Shown here piece by piece: positions 20,721 through 31,497 of a stretch of DNA of 64,000 bases. Under the pieces are notes generated by a model. The model saw only the letters and a program-made list of their open reading frames with translations. It did no database searches and was not told where the DNA came from. The position numbers and the translations under genes were made by a program. The first letter of the stretch is position 1; every line of letters begins with the position of its first letter. Source of the DNA: a bacterium (lineage in GTDB: Bacteria; Bacillota; SLNR01; JBMNPB01); NCBI GenBank assembly GCA_050943375.1, contig JBMNPB010000003.1:1219-65218 (forward strand), written 5' to 3'.

Positions 20721-21662
20721 TTAAAGAACCAACTCCCACGTCTCCCCAATGAGGTCTTTACCAAAGCTATGATGTGCTTCTTGTTCCACCAGCTTAAATC
20801 CGGCTTTCGAATAAATATGACGCGCTTCTTTAAGTACGCTGTTGGTCCATAAAACAATTTTCTGGTAACCAGCACGCCTCGCAAAGGCAATGGCCTCTTG
20901 TACCAGACGACTGCCAAGTCCTAAACCACGCGCTTTCGGCTCTACTAATAGAAGCCGTAGCTTAGCCGCCGTGTCACCATTTTGAACAACAAATACCGAA
21001 CCCACGATTTCACCATTCATCTCTGCAATTATGCACCGCTCACGTTCGGGCCGATAGTTATTGATAAAATCCGCAGTAATCTGGGCGACAAGTGCCTCAA
21101 AACGCTCATCCCAACCATATTCCTGATCATACAGCACCCCATGGCGGTGGGTAACCCATCCCATATCACCCGGCTGGTGGCTTCTTAGAATAAATACTTC
21201 GGAAAACTTAAAGCTTTTTTTATCAAGGATATTTTCAATATCGTGCATAGCTCTAAGGAGCTTTTGCTGATCTGCTTCACTGAGTCCATTCAGTATCTCG
21301 GCAATTTCATCCCGTGACCGTTGATCCAGCAACGAGAATAATTTCCTGCCTTCCGGTGTAAGACGGATAAGATACTGCCGGCCATCTTGCTCCGAGCGAA
21401 CTCTGTCGGCAAGCCCTTGTTCCTCAAAACGAGCTAAAATGCGGCTGAGGTAACCCGCATCCAGTCCCAGCTCACGACTCAGCCTTGCAGCAGTCGGAGT
21501 ATCATTATTGGCAATCTCAAACAAAATTCTCACCTCAGTAAGGGAATATGAACTGTGCAATAAGCCTTCACGCAAAACGCCTATCATGCGCGTAAAAAAC
21601 CGGTTGAATTTCCGCATCTGGTCAATCTTGTCATCAAGTGTGCTTTTTATCATAACTATCAT
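20721..21662 (-). CDS. MarR-family HTH fused to a GNAT N-acetyltransferase
   Basis: 313 aa. N-terminal winged helix (LTEVRILFEIAN..TAARLSRELGLDAGYLSRILARFEEQGL) and a C-terminal GNAT domain (VEPKARGLGLGSRLVQEAIAFARRAGY). Confidence 0.8.
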   Translation of the reverse strand: MIVMIKSTLDDKIDQMRKFNRFFTRMIGVLREGLLHSSYSLTEVRILFEIANNDTPTAARLSRELGLDAGYLSRILARFEEQGLADRVRSEQDGRQYLIRLTPEGRKLFSLLDQRSRDEIAEILNGLSEADQQKLLRAMHDIENILDKKSFKFSEVFILRSHQPGDMGWVTHRHGVLYDQEYGWDERFEALVAQITADFINNYRPERERCIIAEMNGEIVGSVFVVQNGDTAAKLRLLLVEPKARGLGLGSRLVQEAIAFARRAGYQKIVLWTNSVLKEARHIYSKAGFKLVEQEAHHSFGKDLIGETWELVL

Positions 21663-21704
21663 CCTTTCGTTATCTAAGTTTCAAATAAATATCATATAAT
21701 ATTC

Positions 21705-21717
21705 TTGACTTTGTCAA
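21705..21717. promoter_or_regulatory. TTGAC-TTT-GTCAA palindrome upstream of the MarR-GNAT gene
   Basis: Perfect 5+5 inverted repeat about 45 nt upstream of the start at 21662. A third TTGAC half-site lies at 21727-21731. Confidence 0.3.
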
Positions 21718-22000
21718 CTATATATTTTGACTAAAGCATGTTTTGTGAGGCAAGTCCGGATTATTTGCGGACAATGAGAGAGCCAATTCAATTCCCCAAG
21801 TCAGAATGTAAGCTGAAGGCATACATCCAACTAAAGGGGAAATGAATTGGCTCAATATCAGAATATCATTGCTTCAAGCCTTTTTCCCTAACAAGTACAC
21901 TGCCGGGAGAAAGTAATCAAGCCTCCCTTAGCCAGGAGCGGGCTGACCAGAACCTTATCTTACTACCTTGCTTCTTTATTCACTTAATTCTAACTCAAAT

Positions 22001-22714
22001 CTATTTGGTGCTTATTTCTGCAATTAAATTACCATCATTATTAAAAGAGAGCTTTAAATGTTTAATCATTACCTCGCCATTTTTGAAATATACTTCAACT
22101 ATCACATTGTCTGAAGGTAACTCTTTAAAATCAACAGTTCCATCCTCTGATATAATATTAATTGCATCCCATGGAATCCAATTCACATCAAATGACTTAC
22201 TGCCAAGTTCTTCATAATAGGTTGTAAGAATTTCTTTTCCTTCAGTATCTGCTTGCCGCTGTGGAATAGGGTTAAGAAGGCGAAATTCACCTTTCTCGGT
22301 AGTATACTTTACGGCGGTAATATTTTTACCTTTTACGGAAATAGCACCAAAATCAAAACCTACATCATACGTATATATTTTTTTGCCTGTTTCATCAAGA
22401 TAAAAATCCCGATCACCCTTCGATATTTTTCCAAACGGGAGTATTACTTGTGTGTTTTCCTCGATATTAATAATCTGACCACCACCATCAGCAAATGCCA
22501 CTATGGCAAATGCAGGTTTACTTAGATTACTTGTCATAAACCCCATACCTATTAAAATGCATATGGCCACCGCTGCTGCAACAAACCTTTTCTGAATTCC
22601 CGAATGCTTTTTCGCCGTATTATTGTTAAGCCTTTGTTTTGTCTTTTCAATCAAATTTATATCCGGTGTAACGGAATTGAAATCTTTTTTATATTCCTTT
22701 CTAAACATAGTCAT
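22001..22714 (-). CDS. putative membrane anti-sigma factor
   Basis: 237 aa. Short cytoplasmic N-terminus, one TM segment (FVAAAVAICILIGMGFM) and an extracytoplasmic domain. The start overlaps the stop of the upstream ECF sigma gene. Confidence 0.5.
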   Translation of the reverse strand: MTMFRKEYKKDFNSVTPDINLIEKTKQRLNNNTAKKHSGIQKRFVAAAVAICILIGMGFMTSNLSKPAFAIVAFADGGGQIINIEENTQVILPFGKISKGDRDFYLDETGKKIYTYDVGFDFGAISVKGKNITAVKYTTEKGEFRLLNPIPQRQADTEGKEILTTYYEELGSKSFDVNWIPWDAINIISEDGTVDFKELPSDNVIVEVYFKNGEVMIKHLKLSFNNDGNLIAEISTK

Positions 22715-23219
22715 ATTCTCCTTTCAAATTCTGTTTTAATAGTTCTCGTGCCCGAAAAAGTTGTGTTTTTACAGTGGAATATTTTCGCTTAAGAATGTTA
22801 GCGATTTCGGATACAGAATAATCTTCATAATAATAAAGATGTATCATTATACGGTACTTTTCCGGCAGTTTCAGAACCGCATAGAAGACTTCACCCTTGT
22901 CATTTTCCAGTAGACTTGTGCTATAATTCTCAGAATTCCACGAAGGTTCATCTTTAAGAACAATCTTTTTTTTCCAAGCGGAAGTCAAAAGGTTTTTGCT
23001 GAGATTAACTGTGACCCTAATTAACCAAGCCTTACAATGTTCTTCACTACTAAATTTTTGATTGGCTTTATGACATTTCAAGAATACTTCCTGGAACAAA
23101 TCTTCTGCATCTGCTTTGTTTCGTGTCCGTGCATATGCAAGTCTGTATACCATATCAGAGTATTGCTGCATAATACTCTCCATGGAAATGTCAGTCATTT
23201 TTGCATCCTGGGGTATCAT
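22701..23219 (-). CDS. ECF-type RNA polymerase sigma-70 family factor
   Basis: Region 2 (YSDMVYRLAYARTRNKADAEDLFQEVFLK) and region 4 (YYYEDYSVSEIANILKRKYSTVKTQLFRARELL). The ATG at 23219 follows GGGAGGG. Confidence 0.85.
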   Translation of the reverse strand: MIPQDAKMTDISMESIMQQYSDMVYRLAYARTRNKADAEDLFQEVFLKCHKANQKFSSEEHCKAWLIRVTVNLSKNLLTSAWKKKIVLKDEPSWNSENYSTSLLENDKGEVFYAVLKLPEKYRIMIHLYYYEDYSVSEIANILKRKYSTVKTQLFRARELLKQNLKGEYDYV

Positions 23220-23395
23220 TTTTTCCCTCCCTTCTACAAACAACACAAATATGAGCACAAAAAGGTTACATTTTGAGATAAAAAGATATCACTCATAACC
23301 AAATTAAGAGCTGACGCATTACCCCGAAAACCCTCTTTTTTCAGTCCTATAAAATTTTAGTTATGTTGTCATGTTCGACGATAAGGTACAATAAA

Positions 23396-24130
23396 GTTTC
23401 GCAAATTGAAAAAACCCAAAAGAAGGACATGGGCGCAACCGCTTGGTAAGATAGAGTCACCACAACAAAATCTACCAAGAAAGGGCCACGAAACCATGTC
23501 CAATAACATTATACATCTAAACGAAGGAGCCATAAAGCAAGAACTAAAGGAACTGGTCCGTAACAGCATCGAGGATCCCCTCAATGAACTGCTCGACCGG
23601 GAAGCAGTTGAACTGACCAAGGCCGGACGCTATGAACGAACTGAGGAACACCGGGGATATCGCTCCGGGCATTACGAGCGTAACCTGACCACGACATCGG
23701 GAGATGTCAGACTAAAGATGCCTAAGCTCAAAAGAGTTGCCTTTGAGACGGCCATCATTGAACGCTGCCGCCGCCGGGAGAGCTCAACCGAGGAAGCTCT
23801 GATCGAAATGTAACTGGCCGGAATGTCAGTTCGCCGGGTGGATGACATCACCGAAGCCCTTTGGAGCACCAAAGTATCAGCAGGTACAGTCAGTAACCTG
23901 AACAAGAAAGTCTATGGTCATATTGAGGCTTGGCGCAACCAGGCAGCGAATATGAGAGTGCAGCAATCCTGATCGTTCTGGCGGTAAACGAAGATGGCTA
24001 TCGGGAAGTAATCGGTGCCGCTGAGGGCAGGAAGAAGAACGTTGACACTCGTGTGTGCCAGGCCGCGCCATGTAGCAAGTAAATCTTGGCGCACGAAATG
24101 GTATATGAGTATGGCACATCTTACTGAACT
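23396..24130 (+). mobile_element. decayed IS256-family element (copy 2): left end plus a transposase pseudogene
   Basis: From the ATG at 23496: MSNNIIHLNEGAIKQELKELVRNSIEDPLNELLDREAVELTKAGRYERTEEHRGYRSGHYERNLTTTSGDVRLKMPKLK..ESSTEEALIEM-TAA-LAGMSVRRVDDITEALW. An in-frame TAA lies at 23811. An internal deletion follows, then ILIVLAVNEDGYREVIGAAEG in another frame. Confidence 0.7.
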
Positions 24131-24214
24131 GCAAAGAAATCAGCCGACTCAAATAGCCGGATAGTTGTCACCTATCAAGCGGTAAACGATTTTGCGAAAA
24201 CCATTGCCGGTACC

Positions 24215-24345
24215 CTCTTTAGACCCTGTTCTTTATTGAGATCTCTCAATTTGTCCGGATCATTTTTGCCATAAAGAAACCTCCCTTTTCCGGTTCATTT
24301 AATCCGGTTGGGGAGGTTTCAAGATTTTCAGCGCTCACTTTCGCA
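24215..24345 (-). mobile_element. 5' fragment of the second IS256-type element (homologue of 8640-8790)
   Basis: By eye about 80% identical to 8645-8785, including GCCATAAAGAAACCTCCCTTTTCC and the GGGAGGTT hairpin arm. It is cut off next to the rubrerythrin stop. Confidence 0.5.
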
Positions 24346-24363
24346 AGCCCGGAGAAGAGTGCG

Positions 24364-24858
24364 TCAGTATTTAATAAATCTGTCTCCCGGAACACCGCAA
24401 ATGCCGCATTTTTCCGGAACGGATTTTTCAATGTTCCCGCAGACCGGGCAGAGATAATAGAATACTTCTTCCGTCCGGTCAAGATTCTCCAAAGCTTCCT
24501 GATAAAGCTTGGCATGAACCTCTTCCGCTTTCATCGCAAAAGTAAAGGACATCAGCGCGGCTTTATTCCCCGCGGCTTCGGCTTCCTTCACAAATTCGGG
24601 ATACATCTCTTTATATTCATGGGTTTCGCCCACAATGCCATCCTTCAGATTGTCAGCCGTCGAACCAATTTTCCCGGCGACTTCGAATTGCTTCAAGGCG
24701 TGCAAGGTTTCGGCATCAGCCGCAGCCCTGAACAATTTTGCCGCATTAAGCTTTCCTTCTTTTTCAGCTTTCTTGGCGTACGCCAGGTACTTTCTGTTGG
24801 CTTGGGATTCCCCGGCAAATGCCTTCATCAGGTTGTCAAGGGTTTTGTTTTCGCTCAT
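24364..24858 (-). CDS. rbr: rubrerythrin
   Basis: 164 aa. Ferritin-like di-iron domain (ESQANRKYLAYA, EThEYkEMYPEF) plus a C-terminal rubredoxin CPVCG..CGICG. Confidence 0.9.
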   Translation of the reverse strand: MSENKTLDNLMKAFAGESQANRKYLAYAKKAEKEGKLNAAKLFRAAADAETLHALKQFEVAGKIGSTADNLKDGIVGETHEYKEMYPEFVKEAEAAGNKAALMSFTFAMKAEEVHAKLYQEALENLDRTEEVFYYLCPVCGNIEKSVPEKCGICGVPGDRFIKY

Positions 24859-24868
24859 CGGTCTTACC

Positions 24869-24888
24869 TCCTCATTATCTATTAAAAG
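24869..24888. promoter_or_regulatory. 20-bp AT-rich palindrome upstream of rbr (candidate PerR/Fur-type operator)
   Basis: CTATTAAAAGCTTTTATTAG: perfect 12-bp core TAAAAGCTTTTA, two mismatches in the outer arms, 11-30 nt upstream of the start codon. Confidence 0.35.
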
Positions 24889-25235
24889 CTTTTATTAGTT
24901 TTCCACTATTTCCAGCGGAAAACCTCCCGGATATCGGCCGAGCAGTGGCTAAAACGTTTTGGTTTTGGAGATGCATATATCCTGCGTCCCTTCCATGATC
25001 ACTTGCTGCCAACGCCGGAAAACACCCGGGTGAAGCTCCATGCGCAAATCGGCAATGATACTGTCGCCTGTTTGAAGATCGGCGCCGGGTCCGGACGGTT
25101 TGTGCAAGGTTTTCAGCACTCTTCGGCTTTCTCCAGGCAGATTTCCGCTCGGTACCGAGAAAATTCCCCTCCGCTCGGGTTTCTGCGGAAACCCGGCCGG
25201 GGACGGCGGCGCGCTGCAGCAGTCCTTTCACGACA

Positions 25236-26549
25236 TCATCCCTGCTGGTCCGGCTCTATTCCGGTTGGTTGTGGGCTACTGTCGTTGATGATTTCTTTGA
25301 TTACTACCGTAGTTTTCAACGTGCCCCACATTTCGTCCGTCAGAAGGCCAAGCCGCCAAAGAGCAATTCCCTTAAGCCGGTACCTCTTGGCAATTCCGAC
25401 CTTTGAAACCAGGCTCTCCGGAGTCTCGTTCGGTATCGAAATGCCGAGCACGAGTTTTCCCTTCGGCACATATTTTAACGACTGTTCAACTGCCTGGGTT
25501 ACGAGCGCACTTGGTTCCGGCTTAGCGCCATAGTCGTAAGCCATGACTATTATTCTGTCGGCATACTCCGACAAGGTTTTGTAATCATAGCCCTGATAGG
25601 CGCTGTTAGGTGCGTGCAGTGTAAGTGACAGTTTCAGCCCCGCTGCATCCGCCTGTTCCGCCAAAAGCCGGACGAACTCATTGAACGCGCCCCGCGTTGC
25701 CAGCAACTGTTCGCCCTCTTCTCTGTAACCCAAACCTTCAAAGTCCAAGTTTATACCCTGATACGACGCAGCTTCCTTAATTATATTGCCGGCTGCCGCA
25801 GTCATAGCAGCGTCATTGCGCAGCAGCGATGTCAAAGTACCATCTCCGTCAGTGACGTGCACCACCATCTCCGCTGCCAGTCCGTACTTATCTGCCGCTT
25901 CCAAGACATCTTCCCAACCGTCCGGTCTTTGCCAGCCGGTCCTGCTTTGCGTCAGCAAATTACCGCCTTGATCAAGGCTGTACCAGCCAAGGGCAAGCTC
26001 GTCCACCACGTCGCTATTGCCGACAGCGGTATTCGGATAGGGAATTCCAAACAGGTCAGTCCAACTGCTTGTCCTGCTGTCGCCAAGCGCGTAGAAACCT
26101 ATTACGGACATTTCTTTGGGCGGAGAAGCAATTCTGACCATCCGGTTTACCCCGTCCCAGTCCACTTTGCAATTGAACGCCTTACCGAAAAAGCGCAGGG
26201 GGATTAAAGTCCTTCCGCCCAAAATCATCGGCGGAACGTCCAGAACGACAGGAACGTCATTGCAATAGGCGGTATTATTGCCGATTTGCAGTTTGACAGA
26301 AGTTTTCCCGTCTGTGGTGCCGACTGTCTGCGTCTCTCCGTCCCAGCTTACTTCCACGCCCAACGCTTCGGCAATGGCCCGGAATGGCACGAGAGTCCTG
26401 CCGCCTTGAATTACAGGCTCAACATCAAAAACAACGGGCAACCCATCAATAAAAACCGAGATTGCCTTATCTTCCTGTGCTGAAGTTGCAGACGTAGCAT
26501 AACTGGCTATGACAAACGCCAAGGCAAGACATAGAAGCGCTCGTTTCAT
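25236..26549 (-). CDS. secreted glycoside hydrolase family 18-like protein with N-terminal copper-amine-oxidase-like (stalk) repeats
   Basis: Signal peptide from the ATG at 26549 (GGAGG RBS). Two GRTLVPFRAIAEALG / GRTLIPLRFFGKAF repeats, then a GH18-like INLDFEGL motif. Confidence 0.72.
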   Translation of the reverse strand: MKRALLCLALAFVIASYATSATSAQEDKAISVFIDGLPVVFDVEPVIQGGRTLVPFRAIAEALGVEVSWDGETQTVGTTDGKTSVKLQIGNNTAYCNDVPVVLDVPPMILGGRTLIPLRFFGKAFNCKVDWDGVNRMVRIASPPKEMSVIGFYALGDSRTSSWTDLFGIPYPNTAVGNSDVVDELALGWYSLDQGGNLLTQSRTGWQRPDGWEDVLEAADKYGLAAEMVVHVTDGDGTLTSLLRNDAAMTAAAGNIIKEAASYQGINLDFEGLGYREEGEQLLATRGAFNEFVRLLAEQADAAGLKLSLTLHAPNSAYQGYDYKTLSEYADRIIVMAYDYGAKPEPSALVTQAVEQSLKYVPKGKLVLGISIPNETPESLVSKVGIAKRYRLKGIALWRLGLLTDEMWGTLKTTVVIKEIINDSSPQPTGIEPDQQG

Positions 26550-26752
26550 ATGTACCTCCCCGAATGTTGTTGCGAATTGCGTCTTTGGCAAATTCCACTA
26601 ATTTTTATTATACTATATTTTGATAATTGGTTGAACAAAAAATTGCTTGCGCCCTCCGGAGTGCAAATATTGTTGACGAAAAAGTTCCGTAGGACGCAAA
26701 GTCGCATGATTTAGTTGTAATTTGAGGAAAAGTAAGAGTAAAGCGAGTACAC

Positions 26753-27728
26753 TTACAAAATACTGCTCATCAACGGATACTCGTCCTCATCTCCTACCCC
26801 GCCGCATAGAGGCTTTATCCGGCTGTACAGAAAGCAGAAGCGAATTATCGATTTTGGCCCGTATCGCTGCCGAACCCGGTCAACAACCCAATCGGCAGCT
26901 TTTTGTTTTTTCCGCATCCCGTCAAAGATGGAGATGCGCTTCCCTGGTGTTGTCAACATCAAAAGGAAGCGTCGTGCTGTTGCCGATGACTTTAATCGGG
27001 AGCCAGCCATCCCCGCGGACCGGCGTGGTCTCTATTCCGTTAGTGTAATCATGAAACAACAGCCCGAAACTCTTAAGCCACAGGCCCAGCATCCCCCTGT
27101 CCGCCTTGGCCAATTCGCCGGTGGTATAAATACCCCTGCCTTGCAGTTTCGGGCCGGTGGCCCTTCCCACCCCGAACAGCTCCTCCACCGGGAGCGACCA
27201 CATCTTGGCCGGGATCTCATCCTCCCACACGTTATGGACCATGTCGGATTTTTTCAGTTCCGACGCTATCTTGGCCAGAAGCTTGTTGTGCGACCCAATA
27301 ATATTGACGGTGAAACCAAGCTTGAAATTAATATGATTTTTAATTTTGCGGTCAGCCTCCACTGGCGGACCAAACAGTTTTTTGCAGCCGGTGTAATCAA
27401 GGCAGCACTCGTCGATGCTTTATCTCTGCACCAAGGGAGAGTACTGCCGCAAAACATCGACCATCGCCTAGCTGCACTGCAAATACAGGGAGTAATTCGG
27501 GCGGACGATGGTGAGATGAGGGAATTTTCGCAGCGCAGCATACAGCGTCTCGCCGGTGCGGATTTATATACTTTTTCGCCGGAATACTTCAGCCAGAACG
27601 ATGCCGTGCCGGGTTTTCGAGCCCCCGCCGACGACGGCCGGAATAGTCCGGAGGTCCGGCGCGACGCCGTGTCGCAGTCTGTGGACAGCCTCCCAGGACA
27701 AGTAGGCGGAGTTGGCATCAATGTGCAT
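26753..27728 (-). pseudogene. Y-family DNA polymerase (DinB/UmuC-like), multiply disrupted
   Basis: MHIDANSAYLSWEAV..IPAVVGG..GIVLA, SIDECCLDYTG and NKLLAKIASELKKSD are recognisable. In-frame TAA at 27564, TAG at 27468 and TAA at 27419. The little-finger region carries a deletion/frameshift before the C-terminal piece at 26753-27010. Confidence 0.75.
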
Positions 27729-27908
27729 GATAAGTTCTCCTGTTTTGGTCGACCATTCCACCCCCGCGCATCCCTATTTTATTACGAGCATATATCCGTA
27801 ACAGATAGTATCTGCGGGGCGCGGAATCATTTTTATATTGCTTGAAAAGATCCGGGCAAACGAATTTGCGAAAAGCCGTTGCCGATATCTTGCAAAAAGT
27901 CAGGCACC

Positions 27909-28608
27909 CTACGTTCCCGCCCCGCAGGGTGCCTTTGAGTTCAGAAAAAACATTTCCAGGAGATGCAAGCAACGTATAGTTATTTTTTTGACAGGAAGCC
28001 AAATTTCGCTGTAGTAGCTTTCATCCTGGTTCCCTTTGGGATAATCGGGCAAAACGGTATACCTTTCAATGTTGTAGCCCGCGGCAATTCCGTATCCTTT
28101 CAATTGGGCAACCATTCCGAAAAGATTTTGCGGTTTACATCTTGGATGGTTTCCGGCATGGCGCCCCGGCAGGCAAAAACGACCCACGTGTGCATACGGA
28201 ATCCTTTTCAACAATTTTGTAACCCATAAGATAACCGCCTTCCAAGGCAAATTTGATTTTCAGCGGAGCAAACAATTTAATCATCGCCCCGTCCTTGCGT
28301 ACAGCGGTAGGCGTGACCTCGTGAAACCGGGTAAAGGCTCTTGTGAAGTTGTCGGGCGAATCATAACCATACTTTTGGGCGATATCCATAATTTTTTCAT
28401 CGGTTGCAACAAGCTCGCTGCCGGCAAGTGCGAGCCTGCGCTGCCGGATCTATTCATCGACTGTAAAACCGCAAGGCATTGCAAAACATTTTTGAAAATA
28501 AAACGGCGAAACAAACGCCCGTTTTGCTATGCTCTCGATGTCCAGTTCTTCGGTAATGTTTTCTTCAATATAAATGACAGCTTCGCCGATCCCTTCGATC
28601 CATCCCAC
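27909..28608 (-). pseudogene. AraC-family regulator with GyrI-like effector domain, disrupted paralogue of 29001-29879
   Basis: VGWIEGIGEAVIYIEENITEELDIESIAKRAFVSPFYFQKCF..GFTVDE-TAG-IRQRRLALAG..MDIAQKYGYDSPDNFTRAFTRFHEVTP. In-frame TAG at 28450-28452. The effector domain is frameshifted (..SEIWLPVKK). Confidence 0.65.
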
Positions 28609-29000
28609 AGTCCCTACCCTCCCCTGCATTTACAGCTTAGCAAATTACATGCGGTTAGGCCCGGTTTTTAATGTTACATTTTGTCCGTTGGATAGTATTC
28701 CGGCGCTGTCTTAATCTTTTGAAGCAATGTGTTTCGCGAACTCATCGCAGCGGACTCTCGCTCTCGAACCTCGAAAATCCCTTTCATCAGGCCTTTTCAC
28801 GCAATCACTTCTCCACCCTTGGCTTCGATAACAAGCATTCCGCGTGGCTCGAGCGGAAAAACGAATGTCTTATTAATCTGCCGGTTCTCGGAAACATATC
28901 AATGCCCATCGGTAGACGGGAACATATCCACCCGCGCTCATCTCAGATAAGAAAAGGACACTCTAACTAGGAGCGCCCCCAATCGTACGCATTGATGTAA

Positions 29001-29879
29001 TTAATATTGTTTTTTCTTTACCGGGATCCAGATTTCGCTTCGATACTTTGGATTTTCCGTGTCCGGACTCTCATTCCATAAAATTTCAGGACCTTCAACT
29101 GCCTCATATCCTGAAGATGGAAACCACTCTGAATATATCCTTCCCCACACATTTTGAAGTGTTTCCGGGAATGGTCCAATGGATTCGAAAACTGCCCAGG
29201 TACTGGCTTCTATTTTCAATACATTAAATTCTGCTGTTTCATCATTTGTAGTTGCTACACCGATATAATGATCCAGCTCACCCTTTTCTTCCATTCTTCC
29301 TTCTGAGAAGTTTGTAGATGCGCTAATAATCCCTATTGGTTCTACGTTTGAAAGTGCTTTTAATTTTTTTATAACCTCAGGAGTTAAAAGTTCAGTCATC
29401 GTAGCAATCTCTGGATTGACACCTTCAAAAATAATTGGAACTCTCTTCTTAAATCCTACTACCTTAAAAGATCCTTTCTCAGCAATACGATAATTCATTT
29501 CGCATCCTCCTTTAATTGATAATTGGAAGGTCATTCTAGGATAAGCTTTTAAATGTGTATCCTCATTTCTTGCTTCAGAGGGAAGAATATCATGCACAGA
29601 ATGAAAAGCACGGGAGAATGAATCAGCTGCATCATAACCGTATTTAACAGCAATATCGATTATTCTTAACTTTGTATCTTTCAAAGCAAAGGCGGCCAAC
29701 GTTAGTTTTCTTCTCCGAATATATTCCGACAAACCAATTCCTGATAAAAAGGAAAATATTCTTTTAAAATGATACTCTGAACAGCAAGCAATTTTTGCTA
29801 CTTCTCTATAATCAATATCCTCCGTCAAGTGCTCTTCAATATACGCCAATGCATTATTCATATTTCTTAAAGAATCCAT
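29001..29879 (-). CDS. AraC-family transcriptional regulator with GyrI-like small-molecule-binding domain
   Basis: N-terminal double HTH ([18 protein letters not shown].., [21 protein letters not shown]) and a C-terminal GyrI-like domain ending [11 protein letters not shown]. The ATG at 29879 follows GGGAGG. Confidence 0.85.
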   Translation of the reverse strand: MDSLRNMNNALAYIEEHLTEDIDYREVAKIACCSEYHFKRIFSFLSGIGLSEYIRRRKLTLAAFALKDTKLRIIDIAVKYGYDAADSFSRAFHSVHDILPSEARNEDTHLKAYPRMTFQLSIKGGCEMNYRIAEKGSFKVVGFKKRVPIIFEGVNPEIATMTELLTPEVIKKLKALSNVEPIGIISASTNFSEGRMEEKGELDHYIGVATTNDETAEFNVLKIEASTWAVFESIGPFPETLQNVWGRIYSEWFPSSGYEAVEGPEILWNESPDTENPKYRSEIWIPVKKKQY

Positions 29880-29972
29880 CGAACAACCTCCCTTCATCAT
29901 CAATATTATCAAAGGATGCCTTTACCCATCCGACAATCTGTGCACAGTATAGTCGACCCATATTACCAATGA

Positions 29973-30574
29973 TCATAATATAACCTGATGCCAAATATTA
30001 GCATTCACTCGTTCCATGATTTCCTGCATTATGGACGTTTTGGCGTCTGCATAGTGCTGAACATACCTCCATTTATTCTTTGCCATGTTTAGCTTAACTT
30101 GTGCATATTTGTCCCGATCAGCAGCATTAATCCGCAGCCAATCCCGAAAACGTAAAATTCTATCAATCTCTGATGTGCCCGAACTGAACACATGCAGATT
30201 AATGTCGGTATCTGGGCCTTTAAATAGACGATACTCGAACCATTCTGGTTCTCGAATTTGTAGTCTATAGCCGGCTGCTTCCACTACCGGAACATAGAAT
30301 GGCTCGTCGTCAGAATTCTTTACGCCTAACAATATATCAATATTGGTTTAGCACGAAGCCCCGGCACCGAAGTGGAACCAATATGTTCAATTTGCAGAGC
30401 TTTACTGCCGAGTACCAAACGAATTCGGTTAGCTTTTCGTTCAAACAATTCAGGCCAGTTCGGATCATATTCGGCAAGTGTAGTTGGTGCATTATGCGGT
30501 TTAAGTTCGCCCACCGTAATCTTCTGAAGTTCTTCATCACCCCTAAGTGTGGAGGTATTTTCGGGCAGCATCAT
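29973..30574 (-). pseudogene. GrpB/UPF0157 family protein with a single frameshift
   Basis: The two ORFs (30326-30574 and 29973-30332) join as ..IEHIGSTSVPGLRAKPI-x-DILLGVKNSDDE.. if 1 nt is restored near 30340. Confidence 0.75.
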
Positions 30575-31358
30575 ACCTCACTGCTTTGTTGCAAAATACC
30601 TAAATACCTAATTCGCTCTTTAGAAATATCGTCCATTCATATAATCTGACTTTTGTCTTCTAAACAGCGTAACTTGTACAGCTTTTCTGCTAATCCTGCC
30701 AAAATTTCCTGGAGAGTATCCTCATCCAATATGTCAGCATTATTATCTACCTAAGTTTTGTACAAACATGAGCACCCAATCAGGTAAAAAACGGGAATTC
30801 CAACTGTAACGGTCTCTTTGTGCGGCAGGAGTCCAACACAATGTGGACCAGGCTGTTCAAATCTGGAAGAAAGAAAGCAATCCCGTCTTTAGTCTCCCGG
30901 AAGGCAACTCTGAATCTGTCAACCTATTAATAATCAACTTAACTCCTGCCTTTTCTAAAGGGGTATCTCGCAACAGCAGTCCTTTCAACCAGATGAGCAG
31001 GTCAGCAGACGTGTATAGACCCGCTTGCCGTTCCGGGTGATTGTTTCACAGATAATAACTCGCAAGTCCGGGGTGCCGCTTGCTAATTCTGCCACATGCA
31101 TAAGCGCTCAATCTCCTGCCAATCTTCCTTCCTTACCTCTTTTGCCTGGCGGCAGGCTTGTTGGTTTGAGTATCCTTTGATGATAAAGTGCATCCCTGCG
31201 ACCTATAAGGCGGAATAGTTTACTTTCTTCATTGGTAAAGTGAATTGCTCAAAAAACTTAATGAGGTTGATGCGCTGGGCGAATTTAAGACAATTACCAG
31301 TCAGGGATTTATGGTTTTAACATTGTGCTCATCTGTGGATAATGTTAAGCTATTCATA

Positions 31359-31430
31359 GGTGAGATACCGCCCTTCTGTGTATTGGTGTTTTGAGCAATA
31401 CACTATTTACACAGAGGGCAATTTCTCACC
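31359..31430. repeat. 72-nt composite inverted repeat (long imperfect hairpin)
   Basis: GGTGAGA-tacc-GCCCT(t)CTGTGTA ..25 nt.. TACACAG-AGGGC-aatt-TCTCACC: 19 paired positions in three helices. It lies about 70 nt downstream of the GIY-YIG gene stop. A TATGGTKAACTG direct repeat follows at 31442 and 31462. Confidence 0.6.
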
Positions 31431-31497
31431 AGTTCTGGTTATATGGTGAACTGACCCATTTTATGGTTAACTGTTTGTACGAATTCTAGGTGGATAG

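Noticed and set aside
24875-25231. 118-aa minus-strand ORF upstream of rubrerythrin as a candidate PerR/Fur regulator
   Set aside because: It has no HTH or HHHxH/CxxC metal-site motifs and is Arg/Ala-rich and low-complexity. It overlaps the IS-derived repeat.
27784-27799. LexA/Cheo-box-like sequence ACGAGCATATATCCGT upstream of the Y-family polymerase pseudogene
   Set aside because: It is a poor match to CGAACnnnnGTTCG because both half-sites are mutated. It may be a decayed SOS box, but that cannot be shown from the sequence alone.
30640-31260. ORF-free stretch with protein-like minus-strand frames full of stops (for example ..LLIWLKGLLLRDTPLEKAGVKLIINRLTDSELPSGRLKTG..)
   Set aside because: It is probably another dead gene, but I could not assign any family, so it is not reported as a feature.
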